64,000 bases of DNA from Deinococcales bacterium (GCA_031414595.1 JANNVX010000033.1:5276-69275); one strand, 5' to 3'; numbered from the stretch's first letter, positions 29,681 through 40,488 are shown. Notes: generated by a model not told the origin, from the sequence alone. Program-made: numbers and translations.

Positions 29681-30063
29681 GTAATCGCCATGGTGCATCT
29701 GGAAACACAGACCAATTTACTGGCTTCATCGGTAATTTGGATATCCCAAACATGGGTACTTTTGCCTCGGTGCAAAGGTGTGGCTGTGGCTGTCACAAAA
29801 CCATCGCGTTTAGGACGAACATGATTGGCGTTAATTTCGAGACCAAAAGCATTTTCGCCGTTTTCGACAACATTTAAGTATGCGCCAACACTGGCGACTG
29901 TTTCGGCTAAAGCCACCGAAGCCCCACCATGCAAAAACCCAAACGGCTGCGAGACTTTGGGCTGGACGGGCATTTTAGCGACCACTCGGTCTTTTGTAGC
30001 CTCGAGTATTTCTATTTCTAAGGTTTGAACCAATGTTTGCTGCAAAGCGCTTAAATCATTCAT
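29671..30063 (-). CDS. Hotdog thioesterase (MenI/YdiI-like)
   Basis: QPFGFLHGGASVALAET, GLEINANHVR. Confidence 0.92.
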   Translation of the reverse strand: MNDLSALQQTLVQTLEIEILEATKDRVVAKMPVQPKVSQPFGFLHGGASVALAETVASVGAYLNVVENGENAFGLEINANHVRPKRDGFVTATATPLHRGKSTHVWDIQITDEASKLVCVSRCTMAITKT

Positions 30064-30111
30064 GTTTGCCTCCGGGCTTAAAAAAATGTACCACTGCCAT
30101 TTTGCGCTGCT

Positions 30112-30726
30112 CTAACCCCCTGCGTACAAGTATGGGCGAACTTCCAAGCCATCAATTTGTAACTCGAGAAAACGCAGTACCCGTTCAATATGCACCGGGT
30201 CACGGTACATTTTAGAAAGCATCACTGCGCCTTCTAAGGATGCCAGCATCACGCTCGAGAAACTTTCGGGGTCTAGGTCACGGCGTAGTTCGCCGCGAGC
30301 AATGCCCCGCTCAAGAATCCCTTTGATGGCGGTTCGCCAGCCCTCAAGCGCTCGGCGCACACTCGGACGCAGGGCAGGCAAGGCATCATCGGCTTCGATA
30401 GCGGCGTTAAGCATTGGGCAACCACCACGCACTGGCGGGTCGGTTAAAAAACTCTTGAAGACCTCGAGAACTGCATAAAGCCGAGAACGTGAATCGCGGC
30501 GTTCCTCGAGCAAGCTGTTATAGCGCGTTTCGACTTGTTGGACGGCGAACAAAAAGGCTTCTTGCATCAAGGCTTCTTTGTTGGCAAAATGATTGTAAAT
30601 CCCGCCTTTCTCGAGTTTGGTGGCTGCCATGATGTCCGATAAACTGGTACTGGCATAGCCTTGTTTGTTGAACAAAGCTGCGCTCTGCTCGAGAATAAAT
30701 TCTTTAGTTCGTTCGCCTTTACGCAT
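30112..30726 (-). CDS. TetR-family regulator (LmrA/YxaF-like)
   Basis: TetR HTH (KGGIYNHF), GGCPMLN. Confidence 0.92.
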   Translation of the reverse strand: MRKGERTKEFILEQSAALFNKQGYASTSLSDIMAATKLEKGGIYNHFANKEALMQEAFLFAVQQVETRYNSLLEERRDSRSRLYAVLEVFKSFLTDPPVRGGCPMLNAAIEADDALPALRPSVRRALEGWRTAIKGILERGIARGELRRDLDPESFSSVMLASLEGAVMLSKMYRDPVHIERVLRFLELQIDGLEVRPYLYAGG

Positions 30727-30739
30727 TTTAATCCTTGTA

Positions 30740-30761
30740 AAAAAACCATTCGGTCTTTTTT
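30740..30761. promoter_or_regulatory. Probable TetR autoregulatory operator
   Basis: Imperfect palindrome AAAAAACCATTCGGTCTTTTTT just upstream of the TetR start. Confidence 0.5.
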
Positions 30762-30916
30762 AAGGTACAGCAAGAAATAAGCAATTGTCAAGTATCAAGT
30801 TATGTGCAGCCTGTGTCTTGTGGACTCGAGCAGCCCAAGACCTAAATCCCTATATTTTGTACGGATTTTACGTGTTAAACTAGGAATGATTCTCAGTTCT
30901 ACCCAGAGGTGTACCC

Positions 30917-31402
30917 ATGTGGATTTCAACCAAAGCTCAGTACGGACTTCGCGCCCTTGTCGAAATTGCCAATGCAGACGGTCAATCTGTGGCATTAAAA
31001 TACGTTGCCGAACGCCAAGACATAAGCCAGCATTACCTAGAACAGATTGCTTCTAATTTGCGCCGTGCTGGTTTTATTCGCAGTGTCCGTGGTGCTTTTG
31101 GTGGCTATAAACTGGCTCGAGCGCCCGAATTGATCTCTGCCCTTGAAGTGGTTGAAGTGATGGAAGGCAGTATTGCTCCGGTTTCTTGTATCGAGGACTC
31201 GAGCAGTTGCAGCCATGCAAATTCTTGCGGCACAGAAAGCCTTTGGCGGCGCGTGGACAGTGCCATCCGCGATGTCTTGGGCAATGCCACCCTCAAAGAC
31301 CTGATGCTCGAGGCTCAGATGATAGATGCCACCAGCAAAGCTCGATTACTGGCAAACCCCGCCACCCAAAGCGGAATCGCCTTGCCAATGGCAGGGGATT
31401 AA
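30917..31402 (+). CDS. Rrf2-family regulator (IscR/CymR-like)
   Basis: ISTKAQYGLRAL, YLEQI, SVRGAFGGYKL, three Cys; upstream of cysteine desulfurase. Confidence 0.9.
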   Translation: MWISTKAQYGLRALVEIANADGQSVALKYVAERQDISQHYLEQIASNLRRAGFIRSVRGAFGGYKLARAPELISALEVVEVMEGSIAPVSCIEDSSSCSHANSCGTESLWRRVDSAIRDVLGNATLKDLMLEAQMIDATSKARLLANPATQSGIALPMAGD

Positions 31403-31440
31403 GAGCAATAAAGTAGGGGTTTCCCCTGTCTAAGTCTTTT

Positions 31441-32574
31441 ATGCGTGTTTATTTAGATTTTGCAGCCACCACGCCACTTGACCCAGATGTCGAAGTGCAG
31501 ATGCGACCATACCAATTTTTATTGGGCAATGCCTCGAGTGTCCATCGGGAGGGTTCGGCAGCTAAAGAAGCACTCGAGGCAGCACGAGAACGGCTTTCTC
31601 GAGTGCTTGGGGTGCTGAGTCAGGAATTGGTCTTTACTTCGGGTGGGACAGAAGCCAATAATCAAGTTTTATTTTCGGTGATGCTTACAGGTGGGCATAT
31701 TGTCACCACGGCGGTAGAACACAGTGCGATTCTTGCGCCGCTCCGGGCTTTGGTAAATATGGGTCGGGTTACAGCCACAATTCTTAGCCCAGACGAATTT
31801 GGCATGGTCAGTGCGGCTCAGGTACGCCAAGCAATTACTCCCGAGACTAAACTGATTTCTGTGCAGCATGTCAATAACGAATTAGGGACGATTCAACCGC
31901 TTGGCGAAATTGGGCGGATAGCCAAAGAATTTAAGATTCCTTTTCATGTGGATGCGGTGCAGAGCCTTGGGCATGTGCCGCTTGATGTCAAGGACTTGGG
32001 TTGTGATTTACTATCGGTGGCTGCCCACAAGTTTTATGGACCCAAAGGGATTGGAGCGCTGTGGGTCTCAAGGGAACTCGAGAAGCACGGATTTGTCCTC
32101 TCACCTATTTTGTATGGCGGACAGCAAGAACGTGGTTTTCGTGGCGGAACTCAAGATGTTCCCGCGATTGTTGGCATGGGTTTAGCTGCCGAAAAAGCGG
32201 CTGCATTGCAAGAATCTGAATCTGCACGGCTCGAGCCAATGCGCGATTGGTTGGCGGGGGAACTGACCAGTATTGATGGGGTAAGCCTAAATGGGCATCC
32301 GACCAAGCGCAGTCCAAGACACATCAATATTACCGCCGCAGGAGCAGATGGCGAAGCGCTTTTAATGAACCTTGACCTTGAAGGAGTGGCTGCCAGTTCT
32401 GGCAGTGCCTGCAGTTCTGGGACGCTCGAGCCGAGCCATGTACTGCTGGCAATTGGCAAAAGTAAAAGTGATGCTCGAGCCAGTTTGCGGTTCTCGCTTG
32501 GGCGCAGCAGCACCCAGAATGACCTCGAGTTTGCAGTTGGGGCGTTCAAAAAAGCCTTGAAACGCTCAAGGTAA
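31441..32574 (+). CDS. iscS: Cysteine desulfurase (IscS/NifS-like)
   Basis: YLDFAATTP, AHKFYGPKG, SSGSACSSG. Confidence 0.9.
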   Translation: MRVYLDFAATTPLDPDVEVQMRPYQFLLGNASSVHREGSAAKEALEAARERLSRVLGVLSQELVFTSGGTEANNQVLFSVMLTGGHIVTTAVEHSAILAPLRALVNMGRVTATILSPDEFGMVSAAQVRQAITPETKLISVQHVNNELGTIQPLGEIGRIAKEFKIPFHVDAVQSLGHVPLDVKDLGCDLLSVAAHKFYGPKGIGALWVSRELEKHGFVLSPILYGGQQERGFRGGTQDVPAIVGMGLAAEKAAALQESESARLEPMRDWLAGELTSIDGVSLNGHPTKRSPRHINITAAGADGEALLMNLDLEGVAASSGSACSSGTLEPSHVLLAIGKSKSDARASLRFSLGRSSTQNDLEFAVGAFKKALKRSR

Positions 32575-32640
32575 TGTTAAGTTATTGGTCTGGCTGTGAG
32601 AAGTTGTGGTATCCTCGAGTAGGTAAACAGGAAAAATCCT

Positions 32641-34107
32641 ATGAAAAGTAATCCTTTGCTGCCTTTGATTGCCTTGTTGCTGCTTGGATACGGTGGATTC
32701 ACCTTGTATCAGCGTGGTCAGTTGAACTTACCGGGTTTACCGCCGCGAACAACCTCGAGTAATGCGCCTAGCACACCGACTACACCCACCGCGCCGCCAG
32801 TCACTACGCCAACCACGCCAGTCACTACGCTAACCACGCCGCCAGCCAATACCACCTCGCTCGAGATTGAACCAGCCTTGTTTGTGCGGGCAGAATTAAA
32901 AACCTTGTTCGATTTTTACAATAAAAAGGATTGGGCGAATTTACTGACCAGTTCTGACACCTACCGTCGTAAAAACCCAACCGATGCCATGGCGGGTTTG
33001 CTGCGTGAAGAAGCAATTCTAAAACTCGCCAAGTCCGACAACTACCGAATTGGTGTTTCTGCGCCATTAACAGGCTCGTTACGTCAAGTTGGCGAGGCTT
33101 TTTTACAAGGTGTCTATTTGGCAGTCAAAGAAGTCAACGACGATGGTGGTTTTTTACGTAACCAAAAAGGCGATAAAAACAAAATCAGTGTGCGAATCCT
33201 CAACGACGCAGGAGACCGCACCACCGCCATTAAAGTGGCTTCGGAAATGATTAACGATCAGTACATTTGGGGCGTAGTGGGTCCGTACTCGAGCAGTACG
33301 CTGCTTGCCAGTGCGCCGATTTACAATGCGGCTTCGCCAGGAACACCGATTATTGCCCCAGCCGCCACCAACCCTAAAATTACCACTGCTGGCAGAATGA
33401 TTTACCGCGTTGCACCGTCAGACAGCACCCAAGGCGCGGCGTTAGCCCGCCTTGTCAAGTCTCGAGGTGCAAACAGTGTGGCGGTCTTATTTGACGAAAA
33501 TGATGCCTATTCTTTGGGGTTAGCCCAGACTTTCAAAGCCGAAGCCGGAAAGATTGGTTTGACCACTTCCGATATTCCTTTTGTGCTAAATTCAATCACC
33601 CAAGCCAAGGTCGGTAATTTTGCAGTGGACGCGATTTTTGTTTCTGGCTATACTGCCGATGTTGCAGCCGCCGCACGGGTCGAAAAGCCTTTTAATAAAC
33701 CAATTTATGCAGGCGACGGGGCATATGGACAAGACCTAATTGCCCAAGGTGGCTCGAGTGTCAACGGGGTGATTGTCACCAGTTTTTGGCACAGCACCCT
33801 GACCGATAAGAACTCGGTGCGTTTTACCAAGCGTTTTCAGAATTTATTTGGTGGTGGCACACCAAACGCCAACGCCATGCAAGCCTACGATGCGACTCGA
33901 GCCATGATTGAAGCCATGCGGCGAATGCGAGCCAAGCCCGAAAATGGCGAAGGAATGCGCCTTGCCCTCGAGACTCTGCGCTCTAAACCCATAGACGGGA
34001 TTACTTCACCGATTCGGTTTGACATCAACGGCGATATGAATGACCGCCCGTGGGTGGCAATAGCTATCGAAAATGGGAAATTCAAAGCCGTGGGGTATGC
34101 CAAATAA
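32641..34107 (+). CDS. Membrane-anchored branched-chain amino acid-type (LivJ-like) periplasmic binding protein
   Basis: N-terminal TM, P/T linker, IGVSAPLTG, VVGPYSS, AYDA. Confidence 0.8.
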   Translation: MKSNPLLPLIALLLLGYGGFTLYQRGQLNLPGLPPRTTSSNAPSTPTTPTAPPVTTPTTPVTTLTTPPANTTSLEIEPALFVRAELKTLFDFYNKKDWANLLTSSDTYRRKNPTDAMAGLLREEAILKLAKSDNYRIGVSAPLTGSLRQVGEAFLQGVYLAVKEVNDDGGFLRNQKGDKNKISVRILNDAGDRTTAIKVASEMINDQYIWGVVGPYSSSTLLASAPIYNAASPGTPIIAPAATNPKITTAGRMIYRVAPSDSTQGAALARLVKSRGANSVAVLFDENDAYSLGLAQTFKAEAGKIGLTTSDIPFVLNSITQAKVGNFAVDAIFVSGYTADVAAAARVEKPFNKPIYAGDGAYGQDLIAQGGSSVNGVIVTSFWHSTLTDKNSVRFTKRFQNLFGGGTPNANAMQAYDATRAMIEAMRRMRAKPENGEGMRLALETLRSKPIDGITSPIRFDINGDMNDRPWVAIAIENGKFKAVGYAK

Positions 34108-34146
34108 GCGTGATGGGTTACGCCAAATAGGGTATACTCCGTCCGC

Positions 34147-35154
34147 ATGAAACGGGTTTTTAGTGGCATTCAACCAACTGGCGAGATTCACATTGGCAAT
34201 TATCTTGGGGCAATTCGCAATTGGGTAAAAATTGGTGAGCAGATTGGTAAAGAAGCCATTTTTTGCATTGTGGATTATCATGCCATCACCATTCCACATG
34301 ATGCGGTCAATTTAGGGCGTTTAACCTTCGAGGCAGCCCTAGCAAATATGGCGGCTGGGCTTGACCCGAATAAAATTACGCTTTTTGCCCAGTCGCATGT
34401 GCGTGAACATGTTGAACTCGGTTGGGTTTTTACCACCCAAACTCCTTTGGGCGACCTCGAGCGGATGACCCAATTCAAGGATAAGTCCGAACAGCACAGT
34501 ATTTTGTCTGGCTTACTGATGTATCCAGTGCTGCAAGCCGCCGATATTCTCTTGTATAAAGCCGATACTGTTCCCGTTGGCGAGGATCAAATTCAGCACA
34601 TCGAACTGACCCGAGAAATTGCACGGCGTTTTAATTACCGTTTTGCCCCAGACAAACCAATTTTCCCAGAACCAAAAGCCAGTATTGACCAGAATGCGGC
34701 TCGAGTTCCGGGTTTAGATGGCGCGGGTAAAATGAGTAAGTCCAAAAACAACACAATTGGGGTTCTCGAGCCAAAAGAGACGATTTGGCAAAATATCCGA
34801 GTTGCCCCAACTGACCCACAACGGGTACGCCGCAACGACCCCGGCAACCCAGAAGTTTGCGTCATTTTTGCTTACCATAAGCTCTTCTCGAGTTTAGAAA
34901 GCATCGAAATGGTGGACACCGAATGCCGCAGGGCTGGGATTGGTTGTGTAGACTGCAAAAAACTTTTGATGGAAGGCATTTGGGCGACCTTAGAACCGAT
35001 TCAAGCCAAAGCCGCCTATTTACGCCAGCATCCGTCGGAAGTGACCGATGCACTGGTGTCTGGGGCGGATTATTGCCGTGCGATTGCCCAAGAAACCATG
35101 TCGGAGGTTCGTGAAGCGATTGGGCTGCTTGGTTTGGACAGCCGCAACCCATGA
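34147..35154 (+). CDS. trpS: Tryptophanyl-tRNA synthetase
   Basis: SGIQPTG.IHIGNYLGA, VPVGEDQ, KMSKS. Confidence 0.97.
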   Translation: MKRVFSGIQPTGEIHIGNYLGAIRNWVKIGEQIGKEAIFCIVDYHAITIPHDAVNLGRLTFEAALANMAAGLDPNKITLFAQSHVREHVELGWVFTTQTPLGDLERMTQFKDKSEQHSILSGLLMYPVLQAADILLYKADTVPVGEDQIQHIELTREIARRFNYRFAPDKPIFPEPKASIDQNAARVPGLDGAGKMSKSKNNTIGVLEPKETIWQNIRVAPTDPQRVRRNDPGNPEVCVIFAYHKLFSSLESIEMVDTECRRAGIGCVDCKKLLMEGIWATLEPIQAKAAYLRQHPSEVTDALVSGADYCRAIAQETMSEVREAIGLLGLDSRNP

Positions 35155-35876
35155 TTTTTGAAACCACCTTTGTGGCGCGTTTTGCTGGCTTTGAAGGCAC
35201 ACTGCCCGAGCTTGCCGCTGCCCTGCGCTCCGAACATATTCTGCCCAGTGCCGTGCCTCTGCTCGAGTTGACTCGAGCCGTGCTGCTGCGTTACACCCAA
35301 GTCAAGGCGGTTTTACCACCCGATGAAGCGCTTGAACTGGCTTCGGAGGCATTGCCGCATTTGTCTGGGGTGATTGAATTAAAAGCGCGGTTGTTATTGC
35401 CAAAAGCCCCTCGGGTCATTCTCGAGGATGATGCCGACAGCGCCGACAGCAGCCTTGAAGATGTGCTTGAAGGGGTGCAAGCCCTTGCCAAACTTGAGGG
35501 GGCAATTTCTTTTCTAAAAGACCAACGGGCTTGCCAGTCTTTGGTGATGCTGCCCCGTGTTCCCGAGATTCGTTTGCCACGCAAGTCCAAACCAGTCTCG
35601 AGTGGACTTGGAGCGCTTTTAGAAGCTGCCAGACGACGCATCCGTGCTATAGATTTTTTGGACTTGGCATTCGAGCGCCTGACCATGCCGCTTGCTTTGG
35701 CTAGAATTCGCCAGTTTGGAGCTTTGGTGAAGAACTTTTTTTTTCATCAAGTCCCTGCCGAGGATTGGGGTGAACGCACCGTTTTATTTTCGGCACTGCT
35801 GGAAGGGGTGCGTGACGGAACTTTTGAAGCTGTCCAAGAAGTGGCGTATAGCGAGATTGACGTGCGGTGCGTCTAG
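35151..35876 (+). CDS. scpA: Segregation/condensation protein A
   Basis: FEGTL, ELKARLLLP, FSALLE...Q...YSEI. Confidence 0.75.
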   Translation: MIFETTFVARFAGFEGTLPELAAALRSEHILPSAVPLLELTRAVLLRYTQVKAVLPPDEALELASEALPHLSGVIELKARLLLPKAPRVILEDDADSADSSLEDVLEGVQALAKLEGAISFLKDQRACQSLVMLPRVPEIRLPRKSKPVSSGLGALLEAARRRIRAIDFLDLAFERLTMPLALARIRQFGALVKNFFFHQVPAEDWGERTVLFSALLEGVRDGTFEAVQEVAYSEIDVRCV

Positions 35877-35944
35877 CCCTAACGGGTTTTTACACAGTCG
35901 CAGACACCAAAAGATGTTACGATAAGTTTTAGTTCGGTGATTTT

Positions 35945-38368
35945 TTGATTGACTCTTTTTACCCTGTTCTTGATGCACTTGGCGAAGCGGCTTTGCTGAC
36001 CGATGCCGAGTTGAACTTGGTGATGCTCAATACGGCGGCTGAATCTTTGTACGAAGTTAGTCACCGCAAAATGTTGGGACGTAAATTGGTGGATTTAATC
36101 GGCTCGAGTGTCAGCGCTTCTCAAGATGAAGGTTGGGCAACGGTTTTAAGCGGTGATGTCTGGCGCGGGGTGGTTTGGCATCAAAAACCAAATCGGCAAC
36201 GTTTCAGGGCAGAGGTCAGTGTTCGGGCTGTGTTTGATAATAACAATGCGCTTGAGGGCATTATTGCGATTATCAAAGATGTCACCGAGCGCGAAGCCGA
36301 ACTGATTAGACAACGTATTTTAAGCCGCTCTTTGCGTGCCATTGGTGATGCCACCACCAGCGACGATTTGTATCAAGTGATGCTCGAAGCCTTAACTTTA
36401 GATAATGGGGCTGACGGTGCGGTTTTCCGGATTAAAGAAAACAATGGCTACCGAATTTTAGCTGTTTCTGGGGTCAATAAAGAACTGCTTGAACCAATTC
36501 GGATAGGCGATTTCACCGAAGAAGAACCAGCTTTTTTGCGTGGTGAAACCGTCAGGGTTGTTTTTGCCGAACCCCGAATTCATCGTAAATACAAACTGAT
36601 CGAAAGCCTTGGTTTCCGCGAAGCTCATCTGGTTGGTCAACGGGTGGCGGGTGAGTTAATTGGCAGTATTGCCCTGATTTACCGCTCAGCCCCTTGGGTA
36701 GATTTACGTCCTATTTTGCCAGAAGTGGCGGCGGCGCTTGGCGCAAGACTCGAGCGTGAACGCACCCATATGCGTTTAGAGCGCGAACGGGCAGCTTTAG
36801 AAGCTCTCGCCCAAGTTTCGATGGTTATGCGTCAAGCCCAAACCCAACAAGAACTTTACCGAATCTCGACTGAATTTGCCTTAAAAGCCACCCATGCCTC
36901 GAGTGCCTCGGTGCTGCTTGCAAATCCGGACCGCTCACAAATGCGTCCCGCTTGGTGCAGTGGCATGTTAGCTGAAGAAACGATTCATCTGACGCTGACC
37001 AGAGAACGCGGCTTGTCTTGGCGGGTGCTTGATACTGGACAACCACGGGTCGAAGAATTCGCGGCGCAACTGCCCGAGGCGTACACTATGCGTACTTTAG
37101 CGCAAGGGGCGTACATTGGTGCGCCAATCCGTCAAGATACAAGCACCCAAGTTATCGGGGTTTTATGTGCTGATACTTTAGGCGATAGAGACCGGTTACT
37201 ACCCGTGGATTTAGATATTTTAATCGCCATTGCCGAAGCCTTATCCAGTGCTTTGGTTCGTTTGGAAGCGCTACAAACCGCCCAGCAACGCGCCGATGCC
37301 TTTGCAAAACTGGCACAACTTTCCAGCGACCTCGAACAACTCGATGATGAACAAGCCATTGCCACCCTAGGAATGCAAACCTTACTTGATTTAACGGGTT
37401 TAGAAGCGGCGGTCTATTTTGCCCTAGATGGCGAAATGGTCAGACCACTGGCAGTCTTGGGGGAAGTGCCAGAAGGGTTTTTATTGTACCGCCAGAACAT
37501 GCCAGTATCGGCGCAAGGTATTTTTAATTCTGCGATTATGTCTGGTCAAATGGTCTTACTGAGCGACTACCAAGTATTAGCCGATGCCAAACCAGAGTTG
37601 CAAAAATTTGGTTTTCGCACAGGTTTACTAGCCCCTGTTCACTTGGGTGGTCGGGTTCGGGCTTTTTTAAGTGCCGCTAGTTTTTCTCATCCCATGCCTT
37701 TTCCTGCCAACACCCGCGAAATTGCCGAATTTATTGCGGGGCGTTTAACCCGTGCGATGGAACGTGCCGAGGCGATTCAGGAAGTGCTGAACACCCGAGC
37801 GCAGACTTTTAGAACCCTAGGACTTGCCCTCGAGATGCGCGACTTTGAAACCAAAGGTCATACTGACAGGGTTTTAGAACTCGCCATGCGCTTTGGTAGG
37901 GCGCTGCATCTCGAGGAGAACCAACTCCAAGCCCTAGAATGGGGTGCTTTGCTGCACGACATTGGTAAGGTGGCTGTGCCAGACCATGTGCTGCTCAAAC
38001 CCGGTCAACTTTCGCCGGACGAATGGCTTTGGATTCGTCAACACCCAACCATCGGTTTTCAAATGCTCCAAGGCTTAGAATTCTTACCCAAAGCCACCTT
38101 GGATATTGTCTTGTACCATCAAGAACGCACCGATGGCAGTGGCTATCCCGAATGCTTAAGGTTGGAGCAGATACCATATTTAGCCCGTTTATTTGCGGTG
38201 GTGGATGTCTTTGATGCCCTGACCAGCGAACGTCCATATAAAAACGCATGGACAACCCAAGCCGCGATTCTCGAGTTACAACGCCAAGCAGGGAGTACCC
38301 TTGATGCCCTGTTGGTGGATGTTTTTTTGCAAACCCTAAACGAAACCAGCTTACTCAGTCTTGTCTGA
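35945..38368 (+). CDS. PAS-GAF-GAF-GAF-HD-GYP cyclic dinucleotide phosphodiesterase
   Basis: N-terminal PAS, GAF-like repeats, LLHDIGK, HQERTDGSGYP, DVFDALTSERPYK. Confidence 0.9.
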   Translation: MIDSFYPVLDALGEAALLTDAELNLVMLNTAAESLYEVSHRKMLGRKLVDLIGSSVSASQDEGWATVLSGDVWRGVVWHQKPNRQRFRAEVSVRAVFDNNNALEGIIAIIKDVTEREAELIRQRILSRSLRAIGDATTSDDLYQVMLEALTLDNGADGAVFRIKENNGYRILAVSGVNKELLEPIRIGDFTEEEPAFLRGETVRVVFAEPRIHRKYKLIESLGFREAHLVGQRVAGELIGSIALIYRSAPWVDLRPILPEVAAALGARLERERTHMRLERERAALEALAQVSMVMRQAQTQQELYRISTEFALKATHASSASVLLANPDRSQMRPAWCSGMLAEETIHLTLTRERGLSWRVLDTGQPRVEEFAAQLPEAYTMRTLAQGAYIGAPIRQDTSTQVIGVLCADTLGDRDRLLPVDLDILIAIAEALSSALVRLEALQTAQQRADAFAKLAQLSSDLEQLDDEQAIATLGMQTLLDLTGLEAAVYFALDGEMVRPLAVLGEVPEGFLLYRQNMPVSAQGIFNSAIMSGQMVLLSDYQVLADAKPELQKFGFRTGLLAPVHLGGRVRAFLSAASFSHPMPFPANTREIAEFIAGRLTRAMERAEAIQEVLNTRAQTFRTLGLALEMRDFETKGHTDRVLELAMRFGRALHLEENQLQALEWGALLHDIGKVAVPDHVLLKPGQLSPDEWLWIRQHPTIGFQMLQGLEFLPKATLDIVLYHQERTDGSGYPECLRLEQIPYLARLFAVVDVFDALTSERPYKNAWTTQAAILELQRQAGSTLDALLVDVFLQTLNETSLLSLV

Positions 38369-38371
38369 CCA

Positions 38372-38564
38372 AGGATTTGTCCGTAAATAACTTCCCTATT
38401 TGGAAATGATGAAACATTGTTTCCTAGCAGGACAGACACAGGGGTCTGTCCCTACAAAATCCATAAAAATACGTTAGGTAGGGGCGGACCCCCGTGTCCG
38501 CCCTGTGACCAATTGTCTGTTTTTGGTCTATTTGAAATCAGGAAGTTATTCTTGGACAGTTCCT
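38372..38564. mobile_element. MITE/REP element copy A
   Basis: 24-bp imperfect TIRs (AGGATTTGTCC...AATAACTTCC, 19/24 match) enclosing two GTAG-hairpin REPs at 38430-38455 and 38478-38503. Confidence 0.75.
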
Positions 38565-38622
38565 AAGAAGCGGTCAAACTGTCACTTTAGCCGTCCCTGC
38601 TCCTTCTTAACTCTTAAACTTC

Positions 38623-39513
38623 TTAATAACATTTCCCATTGCCACCATCTTTGAAATCCGAGCCTTTGGCTGCCAAAAACTCCCAACTGTACCCATTTGG
38701 CTCGAGAACAAATTTGCTTACGCCTAGGCTCGAGTTTTGCTTGACTTGGCTGTGCGGGTGCGGGTTGGTAAAAGCGTATAAACTACGTCCACCCGTACCA
38801 ATCACAAAAGAACGAATCCCTTTGAGGTCAGGTTTTCCATTCGCGCCTAGCGGTGCAAAGCGTTCATAGGTATGGTCATGTCCAGCCAGAACAAGTTCTA
38901 CACCAGCTTTTGCCAGTACCGCCCAAATATCCTGCATAAAGGGCGTGTTGCCATGTCGTCCACTCGAGAACCGAGGGTGATGCCAGTACGCCAAGCTGCA
39001 CTGACTTGGGTTGGTCAGCAGCGTTTGTCTTAACCATTTGACTTGAGGGCTGTTAGAATCGCAGCCGCCAATGTAATTACAATTGCTGTTCAGAGCATAA
39101 ACCCGCCAGTTGCCAAGTTTATAGGTGTAATAGCCAAGTTTAGGGTTTCCTGCTCGAGTACCAAAATACTTGTAGTAGCCGCTTGCATTTGGGGTGTAAT
39201 ACTCATGGTTGCCGGGGGATGGATAAGTTATATCCTTAAATTGCCCATAAGCTGCGTCATAGCACTTAAATTCTTCATCCGTGCCGCGTTCATAAGCTAT
39301 ATCGCCAAGTATTGCCAGTTTGCTGTTTGGGTGCTTCCCCAGTTCTTTTTGAATAATTCCCGCCGTGACAAATGCCCCAAGATTGCCGCAAGTGGCAATG
39401 TCGCCAACCGCCAGTAAAGTCGGACTCGAGGCAGACAAACTCACCACGCTCAAGACAGACAAACTCAAGGCGCTTACGATAATCACGAGGCTTAGAATCA
39501 AAGGCTTTTGCAT
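38623..39513 (-). CDS. Secreted metallophosphoesterase (purple acid phosphatase-like)
   Basis: Signal peptide, GDIA, GDIAY, GNHEY, HHP, GHDH; start ATG 39513. Confidence 0.88.
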   Translation of the reverse strand: MQKPLILSLVIIVSALSLSVLSVVSLSASSPTLLAVGDIATCGNLGAFVTAGIIQKELGKHPNSKLAILGDIAYERGTDEEFKCYDAAYGQFKDITYPSPGNHEYYTPNASGYYKYFGTRAGNPKLGYYTYKLGNWRVYALNSNCNYIGGCDSNSPQVKWLRQTLLTNPSQCSLAYWHHPRFSSGRHGNTPFMQDIWAVLAKAGVELVLAGHDHTYERFAPLGANGKPDLKGIRSFVIGTGGRSLYAFTNPHPHSQVKQNSSLGVSKFVLEPNGYSWEFLAAKGSDFKDGGNGKCY

Positions 39514-39543
39514 TGTTCTCGAGTATACGCATAGAATTGTCAG

Positions 39544-40488
39544 ATGCAAATTTTGATGCCCGATTCTGTGCCGTTGTCCCTCGAGAATTTTCCGCTTGAA
39601 GTGGTTCGTTTTGGTTCTCAAGATGATTTAACCGCTCTGAATACCGATGCGCTGATTGTTTGGGGTTTTTCCAAAAAGATTCTCGAGCCATTGTTGCAAA
39701 TGCCAAATCTAAAGTATATTCAGACCCTCTCGGCGGGGGTAGATCATGTGCTGAATATGTCACCTCGAGACGAAATCCTGATTTCTAACGGTAAGGGTCT
39801 GCACGATGCCCCCACCGCAGAATTGGCGGTCAGTTTATTGCTGGCTGGCGTGCGCCGTTTGCATCATTTCCGCGATTCCCAAAAACAAGTTTCTTGGGAT
39901 AGAGGCGCGTACCAACACGCCCTAAGCAGCAGGCACTTTCTGACCCTCGAGTCCGCCAAAGTCCTGATTGTTGGTTTTGGCAGCATCGGCTTAGCCATTG
40001 CCCAACGCCTCAGCCCATTTGGTTGTGATATGGAAGGGGTTGCCCGTTCAAGCGGCTTACGAGGCGGCTACACGGTGCATTCACTGGATAACATAGACAA
40101 CCTCCTACCCGATTTTGACGCGGTGATTCTGGTCTTGCCAGACACCCCAGACACCCACGGTTTTTTCTCGAGTGACCGCCTAGCAAAAATGAAAAAAGGC
40201 GCATGGCTGGTCAATGTCGGACGCGGCAGTGCGATTACCGAACCGGATTTAATTGCCGCCCTCGAGTCTGGGCATTTAAGTGGTGCAGCCCTCGATGTCA
40301 CCCAAACCGAACCTCTGCCCGAAGATTCACCTTTGTGGAAACTCGAAAACCTGATTTTAACGCCGCACATTGCCGGCGGAGGACCTAATTTTTACCGCAA
40401 AGCTGTAAGTCTACTGCGTCGCAATGCCGAGAATTTTGTGTCTGGCGCACCGCTCGAGAATCTGGTGGATAGGGAAAAAGGGTATTAA
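39544..40488 (+). CDS. D-2-hydroxyacid dehydrogenase
   Basis: SAGVDH, GFGSIG, VNVGRG, LDVTQTEPLP, TPHIAG. Confidence 0.92.
   Translation: MQILMPDSVPLSLENFPLEVVRFGSQDDLTALNTDALIVWGFSKKILEPLLQMPNLKYIQTLSAGVDHVLNMSPRDEILISNGKGLHDAPTAELAVSLLLAGVRRLHHFRDSQKQVSWDRGAYQHALSSRHFLTLESAKVLIVGFGSIGLAIAQRLSPFGCDMEGVARSSGLRGGYTVHSLDNIDNLLPDFDAVILVLPDTPDTHGFFSSDRLAKMKKGAWLVNVGRGSAITEPDLIAALESGHLSGAALDVTQTEPLPEDSPLWKLENLILTPHIAGGGPNFYRKAVSLLRRNAENFVSGAPLENLVDREKGY

Noticed and set aside
32760-32860. 21-bp repeats in the binding-protein gene (similar ones at ~27955-28010 and ~42000-42090)
   Set aside because: Ordinary Pro/Thr/Ser-rich linker coding repeats
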